From NCBI GenBank assembly GCA_037441705.1, contig JBBIRR010000030.1, positions 1 through 54,158 of the forward strand: DNA of 54,158 nt. Direction: 5' to 3'. The notes beneath the pieces were generated by a model. That model was not told the DNA's origin. It ran no database searches and saw only the letters and a list, made by a program, of their open reading frames with translations. Of this stretch, positions 1 to 9,902 are shown piece by piece. Source of the stretch: Ignavibacteriales bacterium. Lineage in GTDB: Bacteria > Bacteroidota > Ignavibacteria > UBA10030 > UBA6906. The position numbers were made by a program, and so were the translations under genes. Positions within the stretch are counted from its first letter, which is position 1; each line of letters begins with the position of its first letter.

Positions 1-27
1 TCTGTGAAAAATATCCAGAACCAAGCC

Positions 28-227
28 GTAGGGCGAAACTCAGTTTCGCCACCGTAGGCTTTGAAAACAACGTTGTGGCAAAGTAGCGAATCGGAGATTC
101 GCGCTGCAGGCTGTTGCGCGAAACTCAGTTTCGCCACGTGAGGCTTTGAAAACAACGTTGTGGCAAAGTAGCGAATCGGGAGATTCGCGCTACAGGCGCG
201 GAAACGAATCGGAGATTTGCGCTACAG
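28..227. repeat. REP-like palindrome cluster: two ~85-bp-period tandem units plus a partial third
   Basis: GCGAAACTCAGTTTCGCC...GGCTTTGAAAACAACGTTGTGGCAAAGTAGCGAATCGG(G)AGATTCGCGCT(G/A)CAGG occurs at 33-110 and 118-196, with a partial copy at 205-227. The hairpins are tagged by GTAG/CTAC. Confidence 0.85.
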
Positions 228-252
228 ATGCGCGCTCCGCGACGCTCAGCAG

Positions 253-1881
253 TCATTTCACGTAGAGGAGTCGCCTTACGGCGTGGCCGTGCTTGCGAGA
301 AGAGAGCCTGTAGAAATATGTGCCGCCTGCCAGATTGTGGGCTTCGAACGGAAGCCGGTACGTTTGATCTGCCGATGCCTCTCCATCAAACAGCGTTTGT
401 ACCTGCCTGCCGACGACATCGAACAGGCTGAGCGTAACGACATCTGTTTGCGGCACGCGGAACTCGATCATCGTCCGCGAGTTGAACGGGTTCGGATAGT
501 TTTGGGAGAGGAAAAAAGTCGCCGGCTGCGTAACGGGCACGGTGGTTACGATTCGTACTTGAATAGGCTCGGTAAAATGCGGCGTCCCGTCGAGATCAAC
601 TTGTTTCAGTCTGTACTCGACAATGGGACCGGATGAGACTGCATCGGCGTAGCGATAGTGATGAGGTTCAAGCGTTGTACCGTGTCCGGGGACAAACGAT
701 CCTTCGATTGTATGCCACTCCACCTGCCCGATAATCCGGCGTTCTACATAAAAGCCGTAGTTGTTGAGTTCGCTGATCGTGCCCCATTGCAGCACAACGC
801 TATCGGCGGTTGCATTGAGCGAGCCGGTGAAGTATGTGAGCTGAATCGGAACGATCGTCCGCTCGAAGACGAACTGTGCGGCAACGGGGATGTGATCGGA
901 TGCGGCGTGCAGCGCGTTGGCAACGCTATCAGGCACCGCAGTGTTGGGCAGGCGATTGATGGAGTCGTTGAAATGATTGCCGTCGTTTCCGTAGGCTGTG
1001 TAGGACGAAGTGATGATGCGAGAACTCATGGTGTTTGATGTGAGAATCATGTCGAAGCGATCATCCATGCCGCCCGTTGAGCCGCCGCCGAAGGATCGCA
1101 CACGCGGCGATTGCGTATGATAAGACGCGAACCCGGAGTTCGCATTCCATGTGCCCACCAGATTCAACGGATCGAATGCCTGTCCCGACGGAGTGACCCC
1201 CGCACTTACCAGCTTTTGAAACGCCGGCTCGCTGCTGGAGTAAATGTTGAAATCTCCCATGATAAGAAAAGAACTTCCCGCAGGAAGAGAATCGAGGTGG
1301 TTGCGCAGAATAGTTGCCTCCTGAAGTCGTGCCTGCTCATTGGTGCTGCCCGAACTTGCCTTGAGATGCACGGAGTAGATATAGAGGTGTTGGGTAGAGT
1401 TGATGGGCCGAACCACATACTCTGCGATGTCGCGCAGCGCTGTGGGCAGATAATTGGCGGAGACGAATTCCCACTTCCCGACCTTGTAGAACAGTCCGTT
1501 GTCGCTATCGGGCCCGTCATTGAACGGCGCCGCAGCGTAGAGGCCCGGGGTGTAGGCATTCAGGACGTCAGCGAGGAATTCGCTTTGACCCGCGGCGCTT
1601 ACCAATTCCTGCACGACGAGCAAATCCGGCGAGAGCGTATGAATCACCTTCCGAAACTCCGGATTGCGGATGGCGGAAGTTGCTCCGGGATAGTTCAGGA
1701 TGTTGTACGTGGCAATGCGCAGAGTGTCAAAACTCTGTCCGCGCCCTCCGGTGGGAAGGAGAAGGGTGAGAAGCGTCAGCCGGGCTATAACTGCCGAAAC
1801 CCGCTTGCGCGCTACAGCGTGTGACGGCTTACGGAACGGAACCGAAAGAATAGCGACCCCCATCTGTTGCATCTTGGGCAA
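253..1881 (-). CDS. Secreted endonuclease/exonuclease/phosphatase (EEP) family protein with type IX secretion C-terminal sorting domain
   Basis: EEP motifs ATYNILN, VVQE, VHLKA, MGDFN, RFDMI and ASDHIPV; C-terminal QNYPNPFN...GTYFYRL; hydrophobic N-terminal segment. True start may be downstream. Confidence 0.85.
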   Translation of the reverse strand: MPKMQQMGVAILSVPFRKPSHAVARKRVSAVIARLTLLTLLLPTGGRGQSFDTLRIATYNILNYPGATSAIRNPEFRKVIHTLSPDLLVVQELVSAAGQSEFLADVLNAYTPGLYAAAPFNDGPDSDNGLFYKVGKWEFVSANYLPTALRDIAEYVVRPINSTQHLYIYSVHLKASSGSTNEQARLQEATILRNHLDSLPAGSSFLIMGDFNIYSSSEPAFQKLVSAGVTPSGQAFDPLNLVGTWNANSGFASYHTQSPRVRSFGGGSTGGMDDRFDMILTSNTMSSRIITSSYTAYGNDGNHFNDSINRLPNTAVPDSVANALHAASDHIPVAAQFVFERTIVPIQLTYFTGSLNATADSVVLQWGTISELNNYGFYVERRIIGQVEWHTIEGSFVPGHGTTLEPHHYRYADAVSSGPIVEYRLKQVDLDGTPHFTEPIQVRIVTTVPVTQPATFFLSQNYPNPFNSRTMIEFRVPQTDVVTLSLFDVVGRQVQTLFDGEASADQTYRLPFEAHNLAGGTYFYRLSSRKHGHAVRRLLYVK

Positions 1882-2035
1882 GAGTATAAGGAAACTGCAC
1901 TCAAGATGCTACAAGCAGTTGGAAACGGAAACGCTGTACGCCACGTGACGTCGGGTTTCTGTGCGTGAACTCACGGACGAGGTTCGGTCCCGTCGCGCGA
2001 GTACAGGCTGAGGGAATCCGGCCTGTGAGGAAAGC

Positions 2036-2293
2036 TCAGTTCATCCTGTCCTGCAGGGACTCGCGTCGCCCCGGTTCGTGCATGTGTTCGAGGAACATGC
2101 TGCGGAGCGTGCGGTACTCGCGGTAGAGATTGATGCAATACTCGCGCAGCAATTCCAGCTCATCTTGCTCCGACAGGTCGTCGATGGACACCTGGCGTCG
2201 CCCATCACGGCGCTGAAGTTCTTTCAGCTTGGAGACGACGAGAGCATTCAGATGTGGATCAAGATTGTTCAGATTGCGGAGGTAGTCTCCCAT
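2036..2293 (-). CDS. Hypothetical 85-aa helical protein
   Basis: ATG at 2293 preceded by GAGG. MGDYLRNL...QDRMN has protein-like charged, helical composition. The upstream extension in the ORF track looks non-coding. Confidence 0.65.
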   Translation of the reverse strand: MGDYLRNLNNLDPHLNALVVSKLKELQRRDGRRQVSIDDLSEQDELELLREYCINLYREYRTLRSMFLEHMHEPGRRESLQDRMN

Positions 2294-2570
2294 ATGAACC
2301 CTCACTACAGAGTATGTGAATGTTAGTTGCGTGAAGTTCCGGGACGGAACTTGAGGAATGAGAAGTGGGGGACTCGTGCACACCCCGCGTGGGAAATGTG
2401 TGACGCAATATACTACGCAATACATCGCGTGGATGTAACGTCGCGCAAGGACTTTCTGTTTTGTGCGATTCACGCGAATTGCGCGGAACGGGCAGGCACA
2501 ACAGTAACGATGAGGGAGATGGGAGACAGTGGAGCCATCGAGGGGACGGATGGCTCCGTTGTGAGATCGC

Positions 2571-3035
2571 TTACGGATGCAGGGAAGCGTGTCCCATGGT
2601 GCGTAAGTCTGCGCCGCCGAGTTGGTGCGGGCCGGAGCTTTCCTGCTGTTCGAGTCGCTTCAGAATCTTCCAGATGGTTCGCTCGGAGATCTTGATGTTG
2701 TGCTTCTCTTGCAGGATTGCCTTCAATCGCCGCTGGCCGAAGCCGGTCTGTTCCTTCAGCCGCTTCAACAGCTGCACGCTCGATTCCGGTGTTGCACTGG
2801 GGAAGTGATGCGGCCGTCGCGACTGATCCACCAGACTCTTCGTGTCGCCGCCTGATTGGCGGTACCGTTTCAGCCACTTGTAGAACGTCTTGCGGCTGAT
2901 GCCGAACCGTCGGCATACCTCCTGTGCGCTGCCGGTTTCCTCATAGCAGATCATCCACGCAAGACGTGGATGCAACGAAGAGGAGTGCTGCTCGCCGCCG
3001 GGCTGTCCGGGCGTCGTGGGATTGTCTTTCACCAT
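2571..3035 (-). CDS. Helix-turn-helix protein resembling the N-terminal DNA-binding part of IS481-family transposases (no DDE core)
   Basis: CRRFGISRKTFYKWLKRY...LVDQSRRPHH...GFGQRRL...ISERTIWKILKR pattern; the ORF ends before any integrase domain. Confidence 0.75.
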   Translation of the reverse strand: MVKDNPTTPGQPGGEQHSSSLHPRLAWMICYEETGSAQEVCRRFGISRKTFYKWLKRYRQSGGDTKSLVDQSRRPHHFPSATPESSVQLLKRLKEQTGFGQRRLKAILQEKHNIKISERTIWKILKRLEQQESSGPHQLGGADLRTMGHASLHP

Positions 3036-3403
3036 ACGTCTCTCATGTAGCGTTATGATTGTTGAATAGTTAGTTTGTTCTGCTTCGCAGCAGAGAGGCT
3101 GACTTCAGGGTGCTTGGGGGATCGAGGGGATGGACACATGAGCTAACGGCCTCACGTCGCGCCTCACGGCCAACCATTATTCATGCAATATGCCAGCGTT
3201 ACTCTTCACCACTTTGTCTGCTGCACATGCCTTGGCAACGATGAATTTCAACGAGATGACTTGTGGAAATATGAGGGCCGACGAGAGACGATCTCCATAC
3301 TACATTTGTCTTTGTAGATTTTACACGGGCGCGAGACTGGAAGGGAAGGATCGTTTGAGGTTCTGATGGGACGCGCGAGCGCGCGGCGCGTGAGTTTTTC
3401 AGC

Positions 3404-3434
3404 TTGCTTCTAAGAATTGTCGCGGCTATCTTTG
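3404..3434 (+). promoter_or_regulatory. Putative primary-sigma promoter
   Basis: TTGCTT-17 bp-TATCTTTG upstream of the phosphatase gene. Confidence 0.55.
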
Positions 3435-3551
3435 CGGCTACCGGAATGCCATTGCCTGCTGGGCACCGAAACCCCATCTCGGAAACAGCGTCCCGTTGAC
3501 AGCCGTACGCATTCAATCAAACACATATCCCACATCGAACGAGGTGACGTT

Positions 3552-4070
3552 ATGACGTGCCGATCTTTCCACGCGGCGGTTGCAGGCATTGCGGCATGGG
3601 CCGGATGCGTGCTCGGGACGGGCTGCTGCTCGTCAACGGTGACAACGATAGTGATTGTTCGGCACGCCGAACGATTGAACAACACCGACGCTACGCCGCT
3701 TTCCCCGGCGGGCTTCCAGCGTGCACGCGCACTCCGACATGTGCTTGATTCGGCGGGCATTCAGGCAATCTTTGTGTCGGACAAATTGCGCTCACGTCAA
3801 ACGGCTGACTCGCTGCGTATTGCGCACTCGCTTCCGCAAGTTCAGATACCGAAGGACAGTATTAGCCGGCTGGTGGATTCCCTGCAGGGCCGCAGCGGTC
3901 AGCGATTGCTCGTCGTCGGGCATTCGGATACCGTCCCGCAAATCATCGCGGCGTACGGTCTCGAACCGCCGGCAATTGCCGAGACGGAGTTCGACAAGAT
4001 GTTTATCCTTACCGTGCGGCAGCGTGCGACACGACTGCTTCGCTTGCAATACGGCGCGCCGTCGCGGTAG
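3552..4070 (+). CDS. Histidine phosphatase superfamily protein, probably exported or a lipoprotein
   Basis: VIVRHAE motif, LSPAGFQRA, LVVGHSDT; ATG at 3552 after GAGGTG; hydrophobic N-terminus with LGTGC. Confidence 0.8.
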   Translation: MTCRSFHAAVAGIAAWAGCVLGTGCCSSTVTTIVIVRHAERLNNTDATPLSPAGFQRARALRHVLDSAGIQAIFVSDKLRSRQTADSLRIAHSLPQVQIPKDSISRLVDSLQGRSGQRLLVVGHSDTVPQIIAAYGLEPPAIAETEFDKMFILTVRQRATRLLRLQYGAPSR

Positions 4071-4122
4071 ATGAAGGGATAGGCTATAGATGTGAGGCGG
4101 GGAATTTTGTTGCCCGAAGTGA

Positions 4123-4151
4123 TTGCATTCGGGTCGGTGGTTTTCTATATT
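4123..4151 (+). promoter_or_regulatory. Putative tRNA promoter
   Basis: TTGCAT-17 bp-TATATT ending 18 bp before the tRNA. Confidence 0.65.
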
Positions 4152-4169
4152 GTGGCGCAGCAAAAAAAT

Positions 4170-4257
4170 GGAGAGGTGTCCGAGTGGTTGAAGGAGCCGG
4201 TCTCGAAAACCGGTATACCCTTTACGGGTATCGTGGGTTCGAATCCCACCCTCTCCG
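4170..4257 (+). tRNA. tRNA-Ser(CGA)
   Basis: Acceptor stem GGAGAGG/CCTCTCC with G discriminator; anticodon arm CCGGT-CTCGAAA-ACCGG; long variable arm ATACCC-TTTAC-GGGTAT; T loop GGTTCGAATCC. CCA not encoded. Confidence 0.97.
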
Positions 4258-4267
4258 CACCACCTTC

Positions 4268-4328
4268 AAAAAAAGGAAGTCCACGGCAACTCCCAAGGCT
4301 TGCGACCTTGGGATTCGATAGTGGTTTC
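4268..4328 (-). terminator. Probable intrinsic terminator of the trehalose operon (possibly bidirectional)
   Basis: TCCCAAGG/CCTTGGGA stem (4291-4313) inside a longer imperfect stem, followed on the minus strand by T7. Confidence 0.55.
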
Positions 4329-4381
4329 GCTGCGGCTGCGTGCGACCGGGGCTCACCAACGACAACCTCAGGAGTGTGCGT

Positions 4382-4687
4382 TCACCCCGAGTGCCGCTCT
4401 TCCTTGTATGCGTCCACTCCTGCTTTCACCGCATCTTTCAGCCGCTCTTCTTCTGCGACGATGCGCTGCTTGGTCTCTTCCACGGCAGTGGCGACTTTGG
4501 CTTTGGCGCGCTCGATCGCCGTCTCCGCATCAGTGAGCAGCTTGTTCGTCTTCTCCCGGAGATTGCTGCGAAGTTCCCTGCCGCTCTTGGGTGCATAGAG
4601 AAGCGCAATCGCAGCGCCGATGATTCCGCCGACGAGTGTTCCGGTAACCAATCCCTTGACCATTGCTGTTTTCTCGTTGTCCGTCAT
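4382..4687 (-). CDS. YtxH-domain general stress protein
   Basis: GGIIGAAIALLYAPKSGRELR signature followed by a coiled coil; GGAGG RBS. Confidence 0.9.
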   Translation of the reverse strand: MTDNEKTAMVKGLVTGTLVGGIIGAAIALLYAPKSGRELRSNLREKTNKLLTDAETAIERAKAKVATAVEETKQRIVAEEERLKDAVKAGVDAYKEERHSG

Positions 4688-4688
4688 G

Positions 4689-6959
4689 TCAACCTCCCTC
4701 AGTTGTTGAGTTGGCTAAGATTCCCGGTAAGCTTTTCGCGAGCATGTCGAGCAACCGCAGCACCTCGCGTGTGTTTTTCAGATTGAAGCGTGCCCGCGTG
4801 TTGGCTATGCCGACGCGGATGGAATATGCCCACGGCGGCAGCACATTGAACAGGTCCTCATCTGTTGCGTCATCACCAATGGAAAGGATGAAATCGGGCT
4901 TCTCTCGCTCGATGAGGTACTGCGCCGCGGTTCCTTTGGTGATGCCTGCGGGTTTCACCTCGATCACCTTATGCCCGCGCAGCACTTGAATTTCGATATT
5001 TGCGGTGAAGCTTACAAGATGGTCGAACAATTCGCTGGCCAGCCGCTGCGCATGCTCGGGATCGGCTAAGCGGTAATGCCAGGCAACGGCATAGTCCTTC
5101 TCCTCCACCATGGCACCCGGAAGGCGATCGGCATACAGTTGCAAGATGGGAAGGATCTGTGACTTCCATTCGCTGGTTTGCTGCCTGAACATTCTCCACA
5201 CGCTGCCTCTCTCCCGAATCCAGCTGCCATGTTCTGCTACCAGTGTGGCATCGAGCTGCCCGAACCACTCGTTGAGTGTGCCGTGGTCGCGCCCGCTGAT
5301 GATGACGAGACTGTTGGCCGGGTGCTCGGCAAGCTGAGCAAGAAGTCGCGGCAGGTCTGCCGACGGGACGGCGAGCGACGGCTTTCGCACGATGGGGGTA
5401 AGCGTGCCGTCATAGTCGAGCAACAGGAGCCGACGCGTGCTTCGTTCAAAATCCTCGAGCAGCCGCTGCTTCTCTGCATGGGAGAGAAGGCGGGCGGCGA
5501 AGCGTTCCTGACTCTGGCCTGCGGCGATGAGTTCATGCAAAAAGTCCTGCGCCCACCGCACCACGTTGTAGCGGCGCAGACGCTGCTGCATAATCGCGTT
5601 GCGTTTCTTCTGCTCCTCGATCGGCATGTCGAGCGCCTCGCGCAGCGCTTCGGCAATTTCTTCTCGGTTGTTGGGGTTGATAATGACCGCCTCGCCGAGT
5701 TCTTTCGCTGCGCCCGCCATTTCGCTCAGAATGAGTACGCCCGTCTGATCTTCACGCGAAGCAATGTATTCCTTTGCGACCAGGTTCATCCCATCCCGCA
5801 GCGGCGTAACAAGGGCGACGTCACTCAGACTATACATCGAGACCAGCGCAGGGAACGGAACATGCCGATACTGATACACCACGGGCGTCCAGTCAATCCG
5901 CCCGAACCGCCCGTTGATCCTTCCCACCATCTCCTCGATCTGCTTCTTCATCAAGTCGTAATGCTCCACGCCGATGCGCGACGGAACGACGACCATGATG
6001 AGCTTTACCGTTCCATGATAGCGAGGATATTTCTCCAGAAGGCCCTCGAAGCCTTCAAGACGCTTCAGAATGCCTTTCGTGTAATCGAGTCGGTCAACCG
6101 ACAGGATGATGCGAACGTTCCGGAGCGACGACGTGATTGCCTCGCGTTCTTTCTGCACTTCATCGCTGTGCACGGCGCGGGCAAACTTTTCAAAATCAAT
6201 ACCCATCGGAAACGTATCGGCTTTGACAAACCACTCGGGCGTGACAATCAGTCCCATGTTATGTTCGTAGCCGAGAATGCGAAGCACACACTGGAGAAAG
6301 TGTTGTGTGTACTCATACGCATGAAACCCCACAAGGTCTGCCCCCACCAGCCCCTCCAGGATTTCGCGCCGCCACGAGCCGGGCAGCAGCCGGAACACTT
6401 CGAACGAAGGAAACGGAATGTGCAGGAAGAAACCGATGGGTGTGGTGGGGAATCGCATTCTGAGCATCTGGGGCAGCAACATGAGGTGATAATCATGAAC
6501 CCAGACGAGGTCTCCGGGTCCGATGATCTCCGCCAGCGCAGTCGCGAAGCGCTCGTTCACGTGTTTGTACTGCTGCCAGTATTCTTCTTCGTACACGGCA
6601 TACGAGGGAAAGTAGTGAAACAGCGGCCAGATGGTTTTGTTACAGAAGCCGAGGTAGAACCGATCCATTTCCTGTTCGGTGAGGTAGACCGGAACGGCGC
6701 TAAACTCTTTCAGCGCCCGTTCGGTGAGGATGGGCTTCATGTCATCGTCGAGGCTGCTGCCGGGCCATCCCACCCACAGGCAACTGTCGATCGGCGATGA
6801 CTCCCGAGAGATGCCGGCGAGCGCGGCGGCCATTCCCGTTGCAAGTCCCCCTGCACTGGGCTTGAAGACGATTTCGCCGTTCTCGAACTGGACGTTGAAC
6901 GGTAACCGGTTCGACACGACGACCAACCGCCGCGCGGATTTCTGCTTGCCCTTTGTCAT
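4689..6959 (-). CDS. otsAB: Bifunctional trehalose-6-phosphate synthase/phosphatase (OtsA-OtsB fusion)
   Basis: GT20 motifs [30 protein letters not shown] and [10 protein letters not shown]; HAD motif LLDYDGTL and [10 protein letters not shown]. Confidence 0.95.
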   Translation of the reverse strand: MTKGKQKSARRLVVVSNRLPFNVQFENGEIVFKPSAGGLATGMAAALAGISRESSPIDSCLWVGWPGSSLDDDMKPILTERALKEFSAVPVYLTEQEMDRFYLGFCNKTIWPLFHYFPSYAVYEEEYWQQYKHVNERFATALAEIIGPGDLVWVHDYHLMLLPQMLRMRFPTTPIGFFLHIPFPSFEVFRLLPGSWRREILEGLVGADLVGFHAYEYTQHFLQCVLRILGYEHNMGLIVTPEWFVKADTFPMGIDFEKFARAVHSDEVQKEREAITSSLRNVRIILSVDRLDYTKGILKRLEGFEGLLEKYPRYHGTVKLIMVVVPSRIGVEHYDLMKKQIEEMVGRINGRFGRIDWTPVVYQYRHVPFPALVSMYSLSDVALVTPLRDGMNLVAKEYIASREDQTGVLILSEMAGAAKELGEAVIINPNNREEIAEALREALDMPIEEQKKRNAIMQQRLRRYNVVRWAQDFLHELIAAGQSQERFAARLLSHAEKQRLLEDFERSTRRLLLLDYDGTLTPIVRKPSLAVPSADLPRLLAQLAEHPANSLVIISGRDHGTLNEWFGQLDATLVAEHGSWIRERGSVWRMFRQQTSEWKSQILPILQLYADRLPGAMVEEKDYAVAWHYRLADPEHAQRLASELFDHLVSFTANIEIQVLRGHKVIEVKPAGITKGTAAQYLIEREKPDFILSIGDDATDEDLFNVLPPWAYSIRVGIANTRARFNLKNTREVLRLLDMLAKSLPGILANSTTEGG

Positions 6960-8173
6960 AAGTACACGATGTCGTCTTTGTCGTACAACGAAAGGAACAA
7001 CAGAAGATAATCCTTGATATGTCGTGTGATGAGAAAATTGTTTTTGATATGTTCTCGTCCGTTGATGCCAAGTCGGCGTGCGTACTCCGGCTCATGCAGC
7101 AGTTGTTTGATCCAATACGCCGTCCCTTCGATGGAGTGTGTGAGGATACCCGAGTATTTGTGCGTGATCTGCAGCGGAATGCCCCCGACCGCTCCGGCGA
7201 TGGTCGGCCTGGCCTTCCACAGCGCCTCGGAAACCGTGAGGCCAAAACCCTCTTTCAACGATTTCTGCAGGATGATTGTGGACCCTCGCTGCAAGGCGTT
7301 GATCTCGATATCGCTCGACGGCGGAAGAAAGAGAACATGAACATCGGGGTCCTTATCCGCCTCGGCCCTCACCTGTTCCATGATCATCGGGCCTTCCGGA
7401 TCGTCCGTGGCGCCGCCGCCGGCCAGCACCAATTGCAGATCCACATACTTCTTCACCAGCTTGTATGCTTTGATGACGCCGATGGGGTCTTTGAGATAGT
7501 CGAATCGAGAAATTTGCGTGACCACCGGACGCGAACGATCAATGCCGAATCGCTCGAAGATGGCGTGGACGGTTTCTTCGGGGAGTTCCTTATTCTTGTC
7601 GCTCAGCGGATCAATGGATGGTGAAATCAACACCTGCGGGATGGGAAGCTTGCGGGCGAATGCCGGAGCAGAAAACACCGCGGCATCGTAGAGGGCGATA
7701 TACTTCCGCAAGAAGCGCCAGATGGTTGGATCGGGTTTCGAAAAATCAATGTGGCAGCGCCAGACCCAGTTGCCTCCAACGGATTGCCGGCGTTCGACCA
7801 GCGCGATAGGCTGCGGGTCGTGAACGAACACGATGTCGCCGAAGCTCATCTCGTCAGCATTCTGCCGGTTGACTTCCAGGAACGATTCGTACTCCTCGTC
7901 ACTGACCTGAACGGGCACGCCGTGTAAGCCGTTATGAAACTTCTTCGTGGTGATGAAGAAACGTTCGTTGCCCTTGATGACATCCCACCGGGCTTCAACG
8001 CCAAGCTGCTTCAACAGCGGAATCATGCGTGTTAGGATTTCCGCAACGCCCCCTCCTACGGCGGTGGAGTTGATATTCTGAATCACTTTGCCGTGCAGAT
8101 GGTCGGCCAGCATCCGGAGCTCATCAACCGTAGCCTGTCCGGTGATCGGTATGTAGTCTTCAATGCGAATCAT
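6956..8173 (-). CDS. treT: TreT-like trehalose glycosyltransferring synthase (GT4)
   Basis: NSTAVGGGVAEIL, HDPQP, WRCHID, PSIDPLSDKN, ISRFDYLKDP and EGFGLTVSEALWK motifs. Confidence 0.88.
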   Translation of the reverse strand: MIRIEDYIPITGQATVDELRMLADHLHGKVIQNINSTAVGGGVAEILTRMIPLLKQLGVEARWDVIKGNERFFITTKKFHNGLHGVPVQVSDEEYESFLEVNRQNADEMSFGDIVFVHDPQPIALVERRQSVGGNWVWRCHIDFSKPDPTIWRFLRKYIALYDAAVFSAPAFARKLPIPQVLISPSIDPLSDKNKELPEETVHAIFERFGIDRSRPVVTQISRFDYLKDPIGVIKAYKLVKKYVDLQLVLAGGGATDDPEGPMIMEQVRAEADKDPDVHVLFLPPSSDIEINALQRGSTIILQKSLKEGFGLTVSEALWKARPTIAGAVGGIPLQITHKYSGILTHSIEGTAYWIKQLLHEPEYARRLGINGREHIKNNFLITRHIKDYLLLFLSLYDKDDIVYL

Positions 8174-8801
8174 ACGGTTTCGTCATGACCAGAATGCGTT
8201 TACGTAAACCCTCGAGCGTATGCGTGTAGGGATCGAGTCGTCGAAGCTGATCGGCAAGCGCGGCCAGTCCGCCGTCGTCGAACCACCGTGAAAAGTCGTT
8301 CTCGCCAAAGCCGAGCCGGAGCTTGGCGTCAAAGATGTGGTAGTAGAGTGAATTCACGCTCACGCGAGCGAGAACGTCCCGAAACTCGCGTACGTTATGG
8401 GCAACGTAGGGCGTGGGCAGAACGAACGTGCGGCATGCCATGAAGTGGAACTCCTCACCGGGAGGGCACTCCTGATCGCGGTCGTTCTGCGCGAGGTACT
8501 CCTCGAAAATGCCGATGAAGCGACGGCGCAACTCATCAATGCTGCCGAACTGGATAATGTCGATACTGGAGAGCTTCTCGCCCAGAGCATCGTTATTGAG
8601 AATCTCCGTCGTCCAGTGCGCAAAGTCGTTTGGCGGTTCCGGCGAAAGATAGTGATGCTGCTGCAGAAAACGATGCGTGTGATAGTAGATGGATGAATCG
8701 GGAACGGCTCGGATTCCTTCGAGCAATCCGGCGACGTTCTTCGCCTTCATTCCCAGCAGGAGTGTTTGGTCGACTTTTGTGTGAAAGTAAAACGGCTCCA
8801 C
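8160..8801 (-). CDS. DUF5752-like protein (TreT-associated, two internal repeats)
   Basis: Duplicated F.F...S(I/L)YYH...NDF(A/S).W unit; overlaps the start of treT. Confidence 0.8.
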   Translation of the reverse strand: MEPFYFHTKVDQTLLLGMKAKNVAGLLEGIRAVPDSSIYYHTHRFLQQHHYLSPEPPNDFAHWTTEILNNDALGEKLSSIDIIQFGSIDELRRRFIGIFEEYLAQNDRDQECPPGEEFHFMACRTFVLPTPYVAHNVREFRDVLARVSVNSLYYHIFDAKLRLGFGENDFSRWFDDGGLAALADQLRRLDPYTHTLEGLRKRILVMTKPYDSH

Positions 8802-8804
8802 GGG

Positions 8805-9902
8805 TCAGTCTCCTCGGACATATGCCGTCGCTTGAACTCCACGGCGCGGATTGTCCATCGCGTTGACAAGGTGAAGTGTTCGCGTCGGATAGGCAAATTC
8901 GATTCCTTCAGCCCCGAAGCGGCGATAGATTTCCAGGTTGATTGCTTGCTGAATGTCCATATACGTGTTGAAGTCGGGTGAGGTAACGTAATAGACACAC
9001 TCGAGCAGAAGCGCTGAATCGGTGAATTCCTTGAAGTGCACACGGTCTAACCGTGCGCCGTGCTGGGCGACAACGATATCCCGGATGATCTCCACGGCGC
9101 GCTGGAGTTTTTCGTGCGGTGTTTGGTACGTAACGCCGACGGAGAAGACGACCCGCCGCTCATACATCCTCTTGAAGTTGCGCACACGGCTGTTCAGCAG
9201 GTCTGCATTGGAAAAGACGATCTGCTCGCCCGAGAGGCTGCGGAGACGCGTCGTTTTGAGTCCGATCCTCTCAACCGTTCCGAGATACTCATTCACAATG
9301 ATGAAATCACCGATAACAAAGGGCTTGTCAAGAACGATCGAAAGTGAAGCGAAGAGGTCGCCGAGGATGTTCTGCAGAGCCAGGGCGACCGCGATGCCGC
9401 CGATGCCAAGCCCGGTCACCAGCGCCGTGATGTCGAATCCGAGATTGTCCAGGGCCAGCAGCAGGATGATGGACCACAGGACAAGCCTGCCCACAAAGTT
9501 CAGGGCGGAAAGCGTAGTGGCACTTGCAGCATCCTCTTCCATTCGCTGCTGCGTTACTCGCCCTAACCAGAAGCTGAGGGCACAGCTTGCCCAGATGCCG
9601 CCTTGAACAAGAAGGGCAAGAACGAAGGCTGCGTCTGCAAGACGTTGAACGGGGGCGGCGAGCGTCAGGGCCGTCAGTGCGGGTTGAAGAGCAAGAAGGA
9701 GCAGAAACCAACTGCGCGTCTTCCGCAGAACGGCGACGATCAGGTCGTCGAGATTCGTCGCTGTTCGTTCAGCAAGTTTGGAGAGACGATGGCTGAGAAA
9801 TCGCAGGAGAATTTTCAGTCCGACAAAGCATGCGGCGAAAATGCCGAGTGCCGAGAGCCACCCGGTAACGCTGTTGCCGAAGAAAATCTGATCGAGGATC
9901 AT
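8805..9902 (-). CDS. mscS: Small-conductance mechanosensitive channel
   Basis: GLGIGGIAVALALQNILGDLFAS, DKPFVIGD, IGLKTTRLR and GIEFAYP motifs. Confidence 0.93.
   Translation of the reverse strand: MILDQIFFGNSVTGWLSALGIFAACFVGLKILLRFLSHRLSKLAERTATNLDDLIVAVLRKTRSWFLLLLALQPALTALTLAAPVQRLADAAFVLALLVQGGIWASCALSFWLGRVTQQRMEEDAASATTLSALNFVGRLVLWSIILLLALDNLGFDITALVTGLGIGGIAVALALQNILGDLFASLSIVLDKPFVIGDFIIVNEYLGTVERIGLKTTRLRSLSGEQIVFSNADLLNSRVRNFKRMYERRVVFSVGVTYQTPHEKLQRAVEIIRDIVVAQHGARLDRVHFKEFTDSALLLECVYYVTSPDFNTYMDIQQAINLEIYRRFGAEGIEFAYPTRTLHLVNAMDNPRRGVQATAYVRGD

Noticed and set aside
28-227. CRISPR array (repeat contains TTGAAAAC)
   Set aside because: The whole unit repeats with no unique spacers, there are only two full copies, and no cas genes are in the window.
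2470-3100. Intact IS481 element
   Set aside because: No DDE domain, terminal inverted repeats or target duplication visible.
4092-4598. 168-aa plus-strand ORF
   Set aside because: It overlaps tRNA-Ser and is antisense to ytxH.
5178-6800. 540-aa plus-strand ORF, and similar long antisense ORFs such as 18380-19603, 49382-50449 and 50474-51793
   Set aside because: Shadow frames opposite well-supported genes in GC-rich DNA, with no recognisable motifs.
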